Shown here: positions 10,610 through 21,492 of the stretch, piece after piece
Layout of the letters: each line of letters begins with the position of its first letter
How positions within the stretch are numbered: the first letter of the stretch is position 1
NCBI GenBank assembly: GCA_963798485.1
Contig: CAWCTR010000008.1
Coordinates: forward strand, 32,001-96,000
Length of the DNA stretch: 64,000 nucleotides
Source of the DNA: an uncultured delta proteobacterium
GTDB taxonomy: Bacteria > Desulfobacterota > Desulfomonilia > UBA1062
Reading direction: 5' to 3'
Made by a program: the position numbers and the translations under genes
Notes under the pieces: generated by a model
Told to the model about the DNA's origin: nothing
Database searches by the model: none
The model's input: only the letters and a program-made list of their open reading frames with translations

Positions 10610-11917
10610 CTAAGGCGCCGCAGGGCACTCGGTATGTTTGTCCGGATATCTGAACGTCCTGCCCTCATAGTTCCTCAAGATAACCTCATCTTTCTGACGG
10701 CCCTGATAGTAATCGGGCAAGAGCGGGATCTTGCCGCCGCCGCCGGGTGCATCAATCACATAATGCGGCACGGCATAGCCCGAGGTATGCCCCCTCAGGC
10801 CCTCGATCATCTCGAGACCTTTCTCCACAGTGGTCCTGAAATGCGAGGAGCCGAGGATAGGGTCACACTGGTAGAGGTAGTACGGTCGTACACGGATTTT
10901 CATAAGGCCATGGAAGAGCGCCTTTAAGGTCGGGATATCGTCATTGATGCCCTTGAGCAAAACGGTCTGGCTGCCGAGCGGTATGCCGGCGTCTGCCAGG
11001 AGATTGCACGCAGCGTTTGTCTCGGGGGTCAGCTCATCTTGATGGGTAAAGTGGATGCTTATCCACAGCGGCTGGTACTTTTTCAGGATCTTCAGCAGCC
11101 GGGCCGTCAATCTCTGCGGCAACACCACGGGAACCTTGGTGCCGATCCGGATGACCTCCACGTGCGGTATGCGGGCTATGCTGGAAAGGAGATAGTCCAA
11201 GTGGCTGTCTGTCAGGGTCAGCGGATCACCACCCGAGAGGAGGACGTCGCGGATCTGCGGTGTCTTTTCGATATAGGCAATGGCTTCCTGCCACTGGGCG
11301 ATGCTGCCCTTGAACTTGCCATGGTTGCCCACCATGCGTGAACGGGTGCAATACCTGCAGTATGTGGAGCAGAAGCCTGTGGTCAGGAACAGTGCCCGGT
11401 CGGGGTAGCGATGGACCAGCCCCTGCACTGGGCTCTGGTTTTCCTCGCCCAGCGGGTCTAACGCCTCACCGGGCGATGAGAGAAATTCATCATTGACAGG
11501 GACCACGGCGCGCCTGATGGACTGTGACGGATCCCAGGCGTTTATCAGGCTGGCATAATAGGGAGTGATTCGGAGAGGCAGGCCCGATGTGTGCCTCAAG
11601 ATAGCGGTGTATTCACCGTGCGTGAGGTTAACGATTCTCTTTATCTGTTCAAGGCCGGTAATACTGTTGCGGATCTGCCAGTGCCAGTTGGACCAGTCGG
11701 CCTCAGAGACCTTGGGGTAGAACCGGTGAAGGAAATAGCGCGAATGCTGGCTGACAGGGATGCGGCCTACAATGGATAATTTCTGCGCAGGCTCGGTTTT
11801 GAACAACAGTTCTTGGACGAGAAAGCGTGATATCGATGGGGGCTCCTCGGGGGGTTCCGTACCTAAGGGGTCGGGATCATCACGGGGAACAGAAACTGCA
11901 GGGCCGTTGTTCTTCAT
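10610..11917 (-). CDS. kamA: KamA-family radical SAM/PLP enzyme, lysine 2,3-aminomutase-like
   Basis: HRYPDR, CSTYCRYC (CxxxCxxC), SGGDPL, YLYQCD, DAPGGGGKIP (PLP Lys); GGAGG RBS before ATG 11917. Confidence 0.88.
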   Translation of the reverse strand: MKNNGPAVSVPRDDPDPLGTEPPEEPPSISRFLVQELLFKTEPAQKLSIVGRIPVSQHSRYFLHRFYPKVSEADWSNWHWQIRNSITGLEQIKRIVNLTHGEYTAILRHTSGLPLRITPYYASLINAWDPSQSIRRAVVPVNDEFLSSPGEALDPLGEENQSPVQGLVHRYPDRALFLTTGFCSTYCRYCTRSRMVGNHGKFKGSIAQWQEAIAYIEKTPQIRDVLLSGGDPLTLTDSHLDYLLSSIARIPHVEVIRIGTKVPVVLPQRLTARLLKILKKYQPLWISIHFTHQDELTPETNAACNLLADAGIPLGSQTVLLKGINDDIPTLKALFHGLMKIRVRPYYLYQCDPILGSSHFRTTVEKGLEMIEGLRGHTSGYAVPHYVIDAPGGGGKIPLLPDYYQGRQKDEVILRNYEGRTFRYPDKHTECPAAP

Positions 11918-12329
11918 TTTATAACTCCTCCTTTGGTGAAATATCGGCATGATATTTTTCGATGATGAATAATAATTGCTGAAAAAATAGGATTACACCG
12001 GGGGGGGAGGTTTGTATGCCCGAGAGCGACCATCATCTTAATGGTTGTCAATGCGGTGCGGCATCTATCCACCGTGCCGCCGGGATCTGAAATGAATGCC
12101 CATTCACTCTCATCGCTCCTAAAAACCGCCTGTCCTTCAAATGGTCTGTTTCCAGCCCTCTATGAGGTGGTGCCTCTTTTTTTTCTTTTAGACGTTCTTA
12201 TAAAAATTGCAAGCGATAAATGCAAAGTTTTGAAAATAAATTTCATCATGATCAATCACCTTTCGAGGATGGAGAATAGTATGGTATTGATGAATCGTTT
12301 CATAAAGACCACGTTAGCGAGGATATACC

Positions 12330-13547
12330 ATGCAAGGTGACAATCTCGACAAACTCGCCATCGCCAGAACCGCCAAGGATAAACGTGCACTGAGAAGGAC
12401 CAGACCGCTATACCTCGCCCTTTACGGTGCGATGGCGGTAGCAATTGTCATTCTCCTCGCATGGCTGTTTCTGTCAAAAGGACAGGAGGTCAGGGTTGCA
12501 AGCGTATCCCGTGTTTATCCGGCACAGCTGCTGGCAAAACTCAGGGCGAGCGGTTATGTGGTGGCGCAGCGCAAGGCCGATGTCGCTGCAAAGGTAACGG
12601 GCCAGCTCACTGCAATCATGGTTGAAGAAGGCAGCCTGGTGAAGAAAGGACAGTTGATTGCGCGCCTCGAGAGTGCGGATGTTTCATCCCAGGTGGACCA
12701 GGGCAGGGCAAACCTCAGCGCAGCAAAGGCCAGGGTCGAACAGATCAGCGCGGAGATGGGGGATATCGCCCTCGACTATGAACGCAAGAAAAAGCTTGTG
12801 AGCTCGGGTGCGGTTTCCAGGGCCGAATACGATACAGCCGAGTCCCGCTACCTCAGCGCCAAGGCCTCACTGGATGCGGCCCGCTCCGATGTGCAATCGA
12901 GCGCGGCAGCGCTCAGGACCGCCGAGGTGACCCTGTCGTACTACGAAATCCGCTCTCCCTTTGACGCCGTGGTATTGACCAAGAACGCGGATGTGGGAGA
13001 CATCATCACCCCTTTAGGTGCAGCGGCCAACGCCAAGGCCGCCGTCGTTTCAATTGCCGACCTCAACTCACTACAGGTCGAGGTGGACGTATCAGAGTCC
13101 AACATAGGTATGGTGCGGGTGGGCCTCCCCTGTGACATCCTGCTGGATGCCCTTCCTGACGATCGGTTCGGCGGCGTGGTGGATACCATCGTGCCCACCG
13201 TGGACAAATCCAAGGCCACTGTTCTGGTCAAGGTCCGATTCTCAAGCCGTGACCCGCGCATTCTCCCGGAGATGAGTGCCAAGGTGGGGTTCCTCTCGAA
13301 GGCGTTGAAGCCCGGCGAGCAGGGGCCCCGGACCATGGTGAGCGTATCCGCCCTCAAGGGAGGCGGCACCAGGAGATACGTATTTGTTGTTCAGGGCCAG
13401 CGCGTCCATAAGAGAGAGGTGGAAACCGGCGTGGTGATAGGGGACATGGTGGAGGTGAAAGACGGGCTCAAGCCGGCGGAAACCGTGGTTATCGATCCCC
13501 CCAAGGGTCTGAGGGACAATTCAAAGATAGGAATCATCCAGCAATGA
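12330..13547 (+). CDS. Efflux periplasmic adaptor (MFP, MacA-like)
   Basis: N-terminal TM, lipoyl half motifs (V.EG..V.KG, IRSPFDA), helical hairpin. Confidence 0.9.
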   Translation: MQGDNLDKLAIARTAKDKRALRRTRPLYLALYGAMAVAIVILLAWLFLSKGQEVRVASVSRVYPAQLLAKLRASGYVVAQRKADVAAKVTGQLTAIMVEEGSLVKKGQLIARLESADVSSQVDQGRANLSAAKARVEQISAEMGDIALDYERKKKLVSSGAVSRAEYDTAESRYLSAKASLDAARSDVQSSAAALRTAEVTLSYYEIRSPFDAVVLTKNADVGDIITPLGAAANAKAAVVSIADLNSLQVEVDVSESNIGMVRVGLPCDILLDALPDDRFGGVVDTIVPTVDKSKATVLVKVRFSSRDPRILPEMSAKVGFLSKALKPGEQGPRTMVSVSALKGGGTRRYVFVVQGQRVHKREVETGVVIGDMVEVKDGLKPAETVVIDPPKGLRDNSKIGIIQQ

Positions 13548-14233
13548 ACATGAATACGAATGAACCCATTGTAGAGATCCGTAACGTCTATAAATCGTAC
13601 CACCGAGGGAGCCTTCCGGTCCCGGTGCTCGAAGACATAACCTTTAGTATCGCACAAGGCGAATTCCTTGCCATCATGGGTCCGTCAGGATCGGGCAAGA
13701 GCACCCTGCTGAACCTCATTGCAGGTATCGACCGGGTGGACAGCGGATCAATCATGGTGGAGGGCGTTGAGATTACATCCTTCTCCGAGACCGAGCTTGC
13801 AAAGTGGCGTGCCGGCAATGTCGGATTCATCTTCCAGTTCTACAACCTCATCCCGGTGCTCACTGCATTCGAGAATGTGGACCTGCCGCTTCACCTTACG
13901 ACCCTGTCCAGGGCTCAAAGGCGCGAGCATGTGGAGATGGCGCTGTCGATGGTGAGCCTGACGGAGCGCATGGACCACTATCCGGGTCAGCTCTCCGGCG
14001 GTGAACAGCAGCGCGTGGCCATTGCACGGGCCATTGTCATCGACCCTGCCATCCTGGTGGCCGACGAACCCACCGGCGACCTGGACAGGAAATCTGCAGA
14101 GGACGTGCTCAACCTGATGGAGAGGCTGAACACCGAGATGGGCAAGACCATTATCGTGGTGACCCACGACCCGCATGCAGCAGGGCGGGCGCAAGTGATG
14201 AGGCACCTGGAAAAGGGCGTGTTCAATTCATGA
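13544..14233 (+). CDS. ABC ATP-binding protein (LolD/MacB-like)
   Basis: GPSGSGKS, LSGGEQQR, ADEPTG, VTHD. Confidence 0.95.
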   Translation: MNMNTNEPIVEIRNVYKSYHRGSLPVPVLEDITFSIAQGEFLAIMGPSGSGKSTLLNLIAGIDRVDSGSIMVEGVEITSFSETELAKWRAGNVGFIFQFYNLIPVLTAFENVDLPLHLTTLSRAQRREHVEMALSMVSLTERMDHYPGQLSGGEQQRVAIARAIVIDPAILVADEPTGDLDRKSAEDVLNLMERLNTEMGKTIIVVTHDPHAAGRAQVMRHLEKGVFNS

Positions 14234-15387
14234 TTCTCCCCAAGATGATCATGAAAAACGCCTTCAGGCGCAAGGTCAGGACGGGGCTCACTATTGTTGC
14301 CATAAGCATCGCCATCCTTGCATTCGGGCTGCTGCGCACCGTGCTCTCCACCATGGATGCAGGGATAAACGCAACCTCGGCCACCAGGCTCGTGACCAGG
14401 AATTCCGTCTCGCTCGTCTTCCCGCTTCCCCTTGCATACTATGACAAAATCCGACACGTGAGCGGCGTGAAGGCGGTATCGTACGGCAACTGGTTCGGCG
14501 GGATCTATATCGATGAGAAAAATTTCTTTGCCAATTTCGCGGTAGAGCCCACAAGCTACCTGGATCTCTACCCCGAGTTCATGGTGCCCGAGGCCCAGAA
14601 GGCGGATTTTTTACGGGACAGGCAGGGTTTTGTTGCTGGAAAGAAACTGGTGGAGCGGTTCGGGTGGCGCCTGGGAGACATCGTGACGCTCAAGGGTACC
14701 ATCTACCCCGGCGACTGGCCGTTTGTGCTCAGGGGGATCTATAAGGGGCGTACCCGGACTGCAGACGAGACACAGTTCTTTTTCCACTGGGACTACCTGA
14801 ATGAGAGAATGAAGAAGATATACCCGGCCATGGCCGATCAGGTGGGGTTTTACCTGGTCGGCGTAACCGATCCCCATCTCTCGGCGGATGTTGCCACCCA
14901 GATCGATGCCATGTTCAAGAATTCGAGTGCCGAGACGCTCACAGAGACTGAAAGGGCCTTTGTCCTGGGGTTCGTCTCCATGAGCGAGGCCATTGTAAAC
15001 GTCATCAAGGTTCTCTCGATCCTGGTGATCGTCATCATCATGGCAGTGGTGGCCAACACCATGGCCATGACCACCAGGGAGCGGATCGGGGAGTATGCCG
15101 TGCTCAAGACATTGGGGTATTCAGGCCTCCAGATAGGGGCCTTGATAATGGGGGAGGCCCTGGTGATCACGCTGGCCGGCTGCGTGCTGGGAATTGCCTG
15201 GACGTATCCGGTGGCCGACTACTTCACCACGGCCCTGGCGGCCTATTTCCCCGTATTCTTCGTGGAACCCTCCACGGTCATGCTCGACTTCGGCGCAACG
15301 TTTATTGTGGGGGTGATCGCGGCAATAATCCCCATCCGGCAGGCCGCCTACATCCGCATCGCCGAAGGTCTGAGGAGGATCGGCTAG
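14230..15387 (+). CDS. FtsX/MacB-type ABC permease
   Basis: TM1, periplasmic domain, three C-terminal TMs; ERIGEYAVLKTLG motif. Confidence 0.9.
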   Translation: MILPKMIMKNAFRRKVRTGLTIVAISIAILAFGLLRTVLSTMDAGINATSATRLVTRNSVSLVFPLPLAYYDKIRHVSGVKAVSYGNWFGGIYIDEKNFFANFAVEPTSYLDLYPEFMVPEAQKADFLRDRQGFVAGKKLVERFGWRLGDIVTLKGTIYPGDWPFVLRGIYKGRTRTADETQFFFHWDYLNERMKKIYPAMADQVGFYLVGVTDPHLSADVATQIDAMFKNSSAETLTETERAFVLGFVSMSEAIVNVIKVLSILVIVIIMAVVANTMAMTTRERIGEYAVLKTLGYSGLQIGALIMGEALVITLAGCVLGIAWTYPVADYFTTALAAYFPVFFVEPSTVMLDFGATFIVGVIAAIIPIRQAAYIRIAEGLRRIG

Positions 15388-16551
15388 ATGGCGGTGCCGT
15401 TCTCGTACAGCTTCCGCAACCTCCTGACCAGGAAGGTCACCACCTTCCTGACCGCCTCGGGCATGGCGCTGGTGGTCTTTGTCTTTGCAGCCGTCCTCAT
15501 GCTGGCCGAAGGCCTGCAGAAGACACTGGTGGCGACCGGCTCTTACGACAACGTAGTGGTGCTGCGCAAGGGCTCCACCAGCGAGGTGGACAGCGGCATT
15601 GAACGGGAAAAGGCATCCATTGTGGAGACGCTGCCGCAAATCGCCACGGACGAAAAGGGCGGTGCGCTTGCGGCAAGGGAGGTGGTCATCCTGATCACGC
15701 TGAAGAAAAAGCAGGGCGGGACATCGAATGTCACCATCCGGGGGATCGGTGAAGACTCGCTTCGGCTCAGGCCTCAGATCAGACTCGTCCAGGGACGCAT
15801 GCCCCGCTTCGGAGTCACGGAGATGGTTGCGGGCTCAAGCCTTGTCAGGAGGTTCCGCGGGCTTGAGGTGGGGGAGAGCCTGGGAGGCGGCCTGAAGGAA
15901 TGGAGGATCGTGGGCATCATGGATGCAGGCAACACCGCGTTCAACTCCGAGATATGGGCTGATGCGGACCAGGTCATGCAGTCATTCAGGAGGCCGGTCT
16001 ACTCATCGATTATCTTCAGGCTGGCCGATACTGCCGGCTTCGATGCGGCAAGGAGGCTTATTGAGAACGACCCTCGACTCAGCCTCTCAGCAAAGCGCGA
16101 GACCAGGTTCTACCTCGACCAATCCGAGATGATGGCAAGGCTCCTGAGGATACTCGGCGTCTCCCTCACCATGATCTTCTCGCTTGGTGCGATTATCGGC
16201 GCCATGATCACCATGTATGCCGCAGTTGCCAACCGTACCGCCGAGATCGGGACGCTGCGCGCCCTGGGTTTTCAGCGGCGTGCAATCCTCCTGAGCTTTC
16301 TCATGGAGTCGCTTTTCCTCGGTATGACCGGCGGATGCATGGGGCTCTTTCTCGCATCGTTCATGCAGCTTATCACCATATCCACGGTAAATTTCCAGAC
16401 CCTGTCCGAACTCGCATTCCGGTTCGCCATTACGCCTTCTATTATCATCGAGTCACTGGCATTCTCGCTCATCATGGGTCTTTTAGGCGGCGTCCTGCCT
16501 GCATACAGGGCATCGCGCATGAATATCGTGGAGTCGCTGCGGACGAGCTGA
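15388..16551 (+). CDS. FtsX/MacB-type ABC permease
   Basis: Same topology; RTAEIGTLRALGF and PAYRASR motifs. Confidence 0.9.
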   Translation: MAVPFSYSFRNLLTRKVTTFLTASGMALVVFVFAAVLMLAEGLQKTLVATGSYDNVVVLRKGSTSEVDSGIEREKASIVETLPQIATDEKGGALAAREVVILITLKKKQGGTSNVTIRGIGEDSLRLRPQIRLVQGRMPRFGVTEMVAGSSLVRRFRGLEVGESLGGGLKEWRIVGIMDAGNTAFNSEIWADADQVMQSFRRPVYSSIIFRLADTAGFDAARRLIENDPRLSLSAKRETRFYLDQSEMMARLLRILGVSLTMIFSLGAIIGAMITMYAAVANRTAEIGTLRALGFQRRAILLSFLMESLFLGMTGGCMGLFLASFMQLITISTVNFQTLSELAFRFAITPSIIIESLAFSLIMGLLGGVLPAYRASRMNIVESLRTS

Positions 16552-17490
16552 TCACGGGGTAAAGAACCGGGAAAAGAGCATGAGCATGGCAGGCAGGCTT
16601 AACAGCGAGAACAGGAAGCTTGCCACCATGAACTGGTTCACTATATTCCTGTTGCCGCCCTCGCGCTCGGTGATCACGGGTATGGCGGTCACCGGCGGCA
16701 CCGAGGCCTGCATCATGATGAGGAACGCAATAGGGTATGGTGGTCTTACGATCATGAGCACCCCGAGGGTCACCAGGGGGAACATGAGATTCTTCATGAT
16801 CACGAACTTCAGGTTTTCCCGGTATGCGGGTCTTTCGCTTCCCTTCATGTCGATATAGACATTGCCCCCGAGTACCAGCATGAGGAGCGGCACGGACATG
16901 GAGCCCACCATCCTGACGCCATCGATCAGGAACCTCGGTATGAGGGCATCAAGTCCTGCATAGCGGACCACTACGGCCAGGATAGTGGCCACGAGCACCG
17001 GGTTGAAAACCTTGGCGGGATCCACCTTGAGACCCTTGCTGAAGAACAGGGGAGATGCATTAAAGAAGAACACCGGGTAGAACAGCGTGAAGAGGAAGAG
17101 TTCCACCAGCAGCACAGAGTTTGTTCCGTACATCTCGGCTATAATAGCCAGCGGGAAGAAGATCCCGTTCTGGAAGAGCAGGCTTACCCGGAACTCCCGG
17201 CGGTATTCGGCCCTGGCGAACGTGGAACAGATGAAGGTAAGCACTATGAACAGCGCTGTGGATGCAAACCACCACAAGGGCAGGGTCCACCAGGTGGTAT
17301 TCTTTTCGGGATGGAAGTTTGTGAGGATGCCTGCAAAGGTAAGGCAGGGGAGCGAGATGTCGATGGCGAGAGCGGACAGCGATCCAAGAACCGGACCGGC
17401 GATCACCTTTCTGCTCAGCATCCAGTACCCCAGGATGCCGATGGTAAGCAGCATGGCAACAGCGGTGAAGGTACTCAGGAAGATCTGCAT
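16552..17490 (-). CDS. AEC (auxin efflux carrier/malate permease) family transporter
   Basis: About 10 TMs; ISLPCL, FQNGIFFPL, NPVLVA and PP motifs. Confidence 0.8.
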   Translation of the reverse strand: MQIFLSTFTAVAMLLTIGILGYWMLSRKVIAGPVLGSLSALAIDISLPCLTFAGILTNFHPEKNTTWWTLPLWWFASTALFIVLTFICSTFARAEYRREFRVSLLFQNGIFFPLAIIAEMYGTNSVLLVELFLFTLFYPVFFFNASPLFFSKGLKVDPAKVFNPVLVATILAVVVRYAGLDALIPRFLIDGVRMVGSMSVPLLMLVLGGNVYIDMKGSERPAYRENLKFVIMKNLMFPLVTLGVLMIVRPPYPIAFLIMMQASVPPVTAIPVITEREGGNRNIVNQFMVASFLFSLLSLPAMLMLFSRFFTP

Positions 17491-17499
17491 GGATACACC

Positions 17500-19561
17500 C
17501 TAACCATTATTTATAAGAGATTCGAGCATTTTTTCTATCTCAGTGGTCGGCTCCAGGCAGGTCGAACCAGTGCAGACATAGGCCGTTGCCCTGCCTTTAA
17601 GGGGGCGCTTACCCTGTATTAAAAGCGGCCGGTTCTTGTCCACTGTATCCGTGGCTAGCGCTATTATTGCATGGGGTAGGAAACGTCTCTGCAGCTCATC
17701 GATCATTCGCCGGGTGTCATCCTTGGACAGTTCTCCTGCGACGACAATCTCCTGGGCCGGACCTTCCATAAACCCCAGTCCGCAGAGCATGAAGGTGAAG
17801 CCGGTCGGGATATGGCTCGCCTGGCCGGAAAAGGTCTTTCCTATCATGGTGGCCCGATCTTTATAAGAGCGATCCCCGGTGAGCCCTCCAAGCCTTAAGA
17901 GGTCAAGCATGGCCACCGAATTGCCCGAAGGTATCGCATTGTCATATCCGGTCTTTGTCCGTGCAATGGGCACGGGGGTATCGTCTGCTGCAGCAAAGAA
18001 CCCGCCCTCAGTAATATCCCAGAAATGGTCGATCATGACTCCGGCGAGGTTCATGGCCGACGCCAGGTACTTCTCCTTAAAGACGGCCTCATAAAGCTCT
18101 ATAAGCCCCCAGATAAGGAAGGCATAGTCGTCGAGTCCTGCCTTACGATCGGCCTTTCCGTTCACAAAGACATGACTAAGCCTTCCTTCCGCCAGCATCT
18201 TCTCCAGGATGAAGTCAGCGGCCTTTTGAGCCGCATCGAGATACTCGGGGCTTGAAAAGGTTGCACCGGCCTTTGCAAGGGCCGCTATCATGAGCCCGTT
18301 CCAGTCGGTGAGCGCCTTGGTGTCTTTCATCGGTGGGATTCTATGTGAGCGGGCCTTTCTGAGCGTGCTCAGGATAGATTGAAGACGCACTGCAATGAAC
18401 TCGCTGTCCGTACCGTGCATCGTTGCAAGGGATGCAAGGTCCTGCCCCTGGCGGATGATGTTGGGCCCTTCCGGTGGATCGGAAGGAAAGTTCCCGGTTT
18501 CTTGCAGCCCGAAGGCTTGCGCTGCAAGGGCATAATCGGCATCGTCGAGGATGGCCTTCACCTCCGAGGTTCTCCAGAGGTAGTATTTCCCCTCCCCGCC
18601 TTCGCTGTCTGCGTCTTGTGCCCCGGCAAACAGGCCCTCGGGGGTGCGCAGGTCGCGGAGCACATAGGTGATGATCTCGCCGGCAATCCTGCGGAAGTCT
18701 ACGCGAAGAGTCACCTGAAAGGCCTCGGTATAGGCTATGGCGAGAAGGGCCTGGTCATAGAGCATCTTCTCGAAGTGGGGGACAAGCCACTTATCATCGG
18801 TCGCATACCGGTGGAACCCGAATCCGACATGGTCGTACATGCCGCCTGCATGCATGGCATGAAGGGTCTTCAGGGCCATGTCCAAAGCCTCCTCATTCTT
18901 AGTGCGGTAGTGATACCGCAGGAGGAACATGATGGTCTGGGGCATGGGGAATTTCGGTGCAGCGCCGAAACCGCCCTGTTCCCTGTCAAAACGTGACTTG
19001 AGCTCTTCATAGGCCTGGTCGAGGAGCTTCGGGTTCATGTCCGGCCCGGTCCGTACAATGCCTGAACGCCTGACCATCTGAGTAATCTCGGCAGCCTCGC
19101 TGATGACCCGGTCTCTCTTGTCTCGCCAGAGGGTTCCGAGACGCCCTTACGAGGTCCATCATCCCCATGAGGCCGGGTCTGGAGTGTTTGGGCAGGTAGG
19201 TGGCGGCGAAGAAAGGCTCTTTCTCTGGCGTCATGACGATTGTCAGCGGCCAGCCGCCGCTACCGGTAAGGACCTGGCATGTCTGCATGTAGATGTGGTC
19301 AATGTGCGGCAGCTCCTCCCTGTCAACCTTCACATTCACAAAGGTGTCGTTCATAAGGGATGCCACCTCGTTGTCCTCGAAGCACTCGTGGGCCATGACA
19401 TGGCACCAGTGGCAGGAGGAGTAACCGATGGAGAGGAATACGGGCTTGCATTCAGCCTTAGCCTTCTCGAAGGCCTCCTCGCCCCAAGGGAACCAGTCCA
19501 CCGGGTTATGGGCATGCTGGAGTAGGTAGGGACTTGACTCATTTAAGAGTCGGTTGTGCAT
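17500..19561 (-). pseudogene. YyaL/SPATA20-like thioredoxin-domain protein, split by a single-base frameshift near 19145
   Basis: NRL...[14 protein letters not shown] and CHWCH in one frame, APKFP, PHFEKMLYD and D.A.PSGNS in another; removing one G restores ...[17 protein letters not shown]... Confidence 0.85.
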
Positions 19562-19656
19562 GGTAAAGCCCTCCTGAACCACGGTCTGAGAATATCATAT
19601 AGCCCCTGGTTTTCCTTCAATAGGGAGGCGCTCCGTGATGATCAAGGGTTCCGGGT

Positions 19657-19758
19657 TCAGGGCACTTGGAAGAAAGGCCTCACCCATGAGTCGAGCCTGT
19701 GTATGCCGGCTGCCCGGGCAGCCTCGAGGGCCTCCTCGTACTCAGCATGGGTAGTAGC
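19657..19758 (-). pseudogene. Orphan C-terminal gene fragment, PflX-like radical SAM tail
   Basis: TTHAEYEEALEAARAAGIHRLDSWVRPFFQVP* with no matching upstream sequence; resemblance judged by eye. Confidence 0.45.
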
Positions 19759-19903
19759 ATGATGGTAAAAAAGAAAGTACACTTTTCATGGCATTTGTCC
19801 CTCGTTTATTTTATACTTGTATTTATTACGAATGCAATATTTCTTATTGAGATGTGATATCTTAAGGATTGAGAAAGTCCTTAAAGATAATGTGGAGTTT
19901 GGC

Positions 19904-20218
19904 ATGAAGACAAGCAAGATCATAATGAGTCTGGTTATCATGATAAGTTTCGGACTATTCTCTGCTCATGACGCTTTTGCTGCCCATAAGCATTTATTAA
20001 ACAGTCACCGTGAGAGAATGGAATTTGCAATAGGTCTTTTGGTAACGGATATACTGATCGGTGTATATTTATATATGGCCGATTCAAAGGTCTCAAATCA
20101 TCAGTTTGAACGAGAACAATCCTTGCATTACAATAATTCATCAGGTTCGAATATCATTATGAACATATCTGAAGATCAGATTTCATCACCAGGGGAGTTT
20201 GTCATTCTTGAGTGGTGA
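19904..20218 (+). CDS. Hypothetical exported/membrane protein
   Basis: GGAG RBS, signal peptide ending AFA, second hydrophobic segment. Confidence 0.5.
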   Translation: MKTSKIIMSLVIMISFGLFSAHDAFAAHKHLLNSHRERMEFAIGLLVTDILIGVYLYMADSKVSNHQFEREQSLHYNNSSGSNIIMNISEDQISSPGEFVILEW

Positions 20219-20277
20219 AAAGGGGGTAAGAGTGACGTGGCAATCCGCATGATGACGAATTTTATACCTTCACGGGG

Positions 20278-20868
20278 CTAACCCTTGAAAGGTCCTTCAC
20301 AGACCGTTTCCGTGAGTTTTCGTCTATTGTTCGGTGATTCGCGCTCCTGAAGGTAGTCGGGCAGGCCTTCCTTGTTACCAGGCATGCCTATTGCTGCCAT
20401 GGCCTCAACCGTGAACCCGTCAGGGATGTTCAGGGAAGACCGGGCGAGATCGTAATCGAAACCCTGCATTCCGTGGACAATATAACCCCTGAGGTTCCCT
20501 TGCAGTGCCAGATTCTCCCATGCCGCACCGGCATCATAGGAGTGGGTTCGCGACGGCTGTCCGTTATCAAAGGTGTCTTTCGAAATGATGAGGATGAGTG
20601 CGGAAGAATTCTTGGCCCAAAGCTTGTTGGAATCGTTCAGCAGGTTGAAGAAGAGAGGCCAGTATCCTGTATTCCGTCTGGCATACAGGATGCGCCATGG
20701 CTGGTTGTTGTTGGATGACGGCGCCCATCTTGCCGCTTCAAACAGGGACATAAGCCCTGTTTCGGGGATTTCCTCGCCCGACATGGCGCGCGGCGACCAG
20801 CGATCAAGAAAGATAGTATCAATCGGGTGATCGGCTTTCCGTATCTCGCTTCCTTTGATCATGGGCAT
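20278..20868 (-). CDS. Nitroreductase family protein
   Basis: RWSPRA, AARWAPSSNNNQPW, HGMQGFD. Confidence 0.9.
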   Translation of the reverse strand: MPMIKGSEIRKADHPIDTIFLDRWSPRAMSGEEIPETGLMSLFEAARWAPSSNNNQPWRILYARRNTGYWPLFFNLLNDSNKLWAKNSSALILIISKDTFDNGQPSRTHSYDAGAAWENLALQGNLRGYIVHGMQGFDYDLARSSLNIPDGFTVEAMAAIGMPGNKEGLPDYLQERESPNNRRKLTETVCEGPFKG

Positions 20869-20895
20869 GGTCGAATCCTCCTCCCAATTGCAAGA

Positions 20896-21477
20896 TTATT
20901 TCTTCTCCGGCTTTACACCTCTCAACCCTTCTATCATCAAGTTCAGCAGTCGAATCTGTTCCTTCTGCATGTCGATCAACTCTTCCCACTGATGCTCCCG
21001 CAATGCATCCAGCTTCTGATGCAAGGCCATAATCTCGAGCTCAGCCTTCAGGTTTACCTCGTAATCATGGGTTGCATCGAGCCTGTCCTTCTGTGTCTGG
21101 CGGTTTTGACTCATCATGATTATCGGCGCCTGAATCCCGGCCATCATGGACAACACCAGATTCAGGAGTATGTAGGGAAAAGGATCGAAGACATGCCTAT
21201 TCAATTGGATCAGCAAATAAGAATTGATGACTATCCAGACGGCCATTACAGCAAAGAAAATACCAATGAACGTCCACGATCCTCCAAAAGAGGCAACCAG
21301 ATCGGCGGTTCTTTGTCCGAATGTGTAGTGCTCTTCGTGCTCTTCTATGACATTCCTGCTTATATGCTCGTTTCGAGCCATGTGGTGTAAGACATGTTGC
21401 TGCGGGGAGGGAAGGTCGTCAAAGTCCTTGTTCAACAACCTCTGCGACAATTCATGCACATCTCGTTTCATGATCAC
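20896..21477 (-). CDS. DUF1003 membrane protein
   Basis: FGGSWTFI, FDPFPYILLNL, QAPIIMMSQNRQ, DYEVNLKAELEI. Confidence 0.88.
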   Translation of the reverse strand: MIMKRDVHELSQRLLNKDFDDLPSPQQHVLHHMARNEHISRNVIEEHEEHYTFGQRTADLVASFGGSWTFIGIFFAVMAVWIVINSYLLIQLNRHVFDPFPYILLNLVLSMMAGIQAPIIMMSQNRQTQKDRLDATHDYEVNLKAELEIMALHQKLDALREHQWEELIDMQKEQIRLLNLMIEGLRGVKPEKK

Positions 21478-21492
21478 ATTATCCTTCTGAAT

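Noticed and set aside
11950-12190. Lysine riboswitch upstream of kamA
   Set aside because: AGAGGC is present but I could not find the downstream GCCGAA and P4/P5 elements; needs an Rfam scan
19140-19150. Programmed frameshift in the yyaL-like gene
   Set aside because: No slippery heptamer or stimulatory structure; one extra G is better explained by error or mutation
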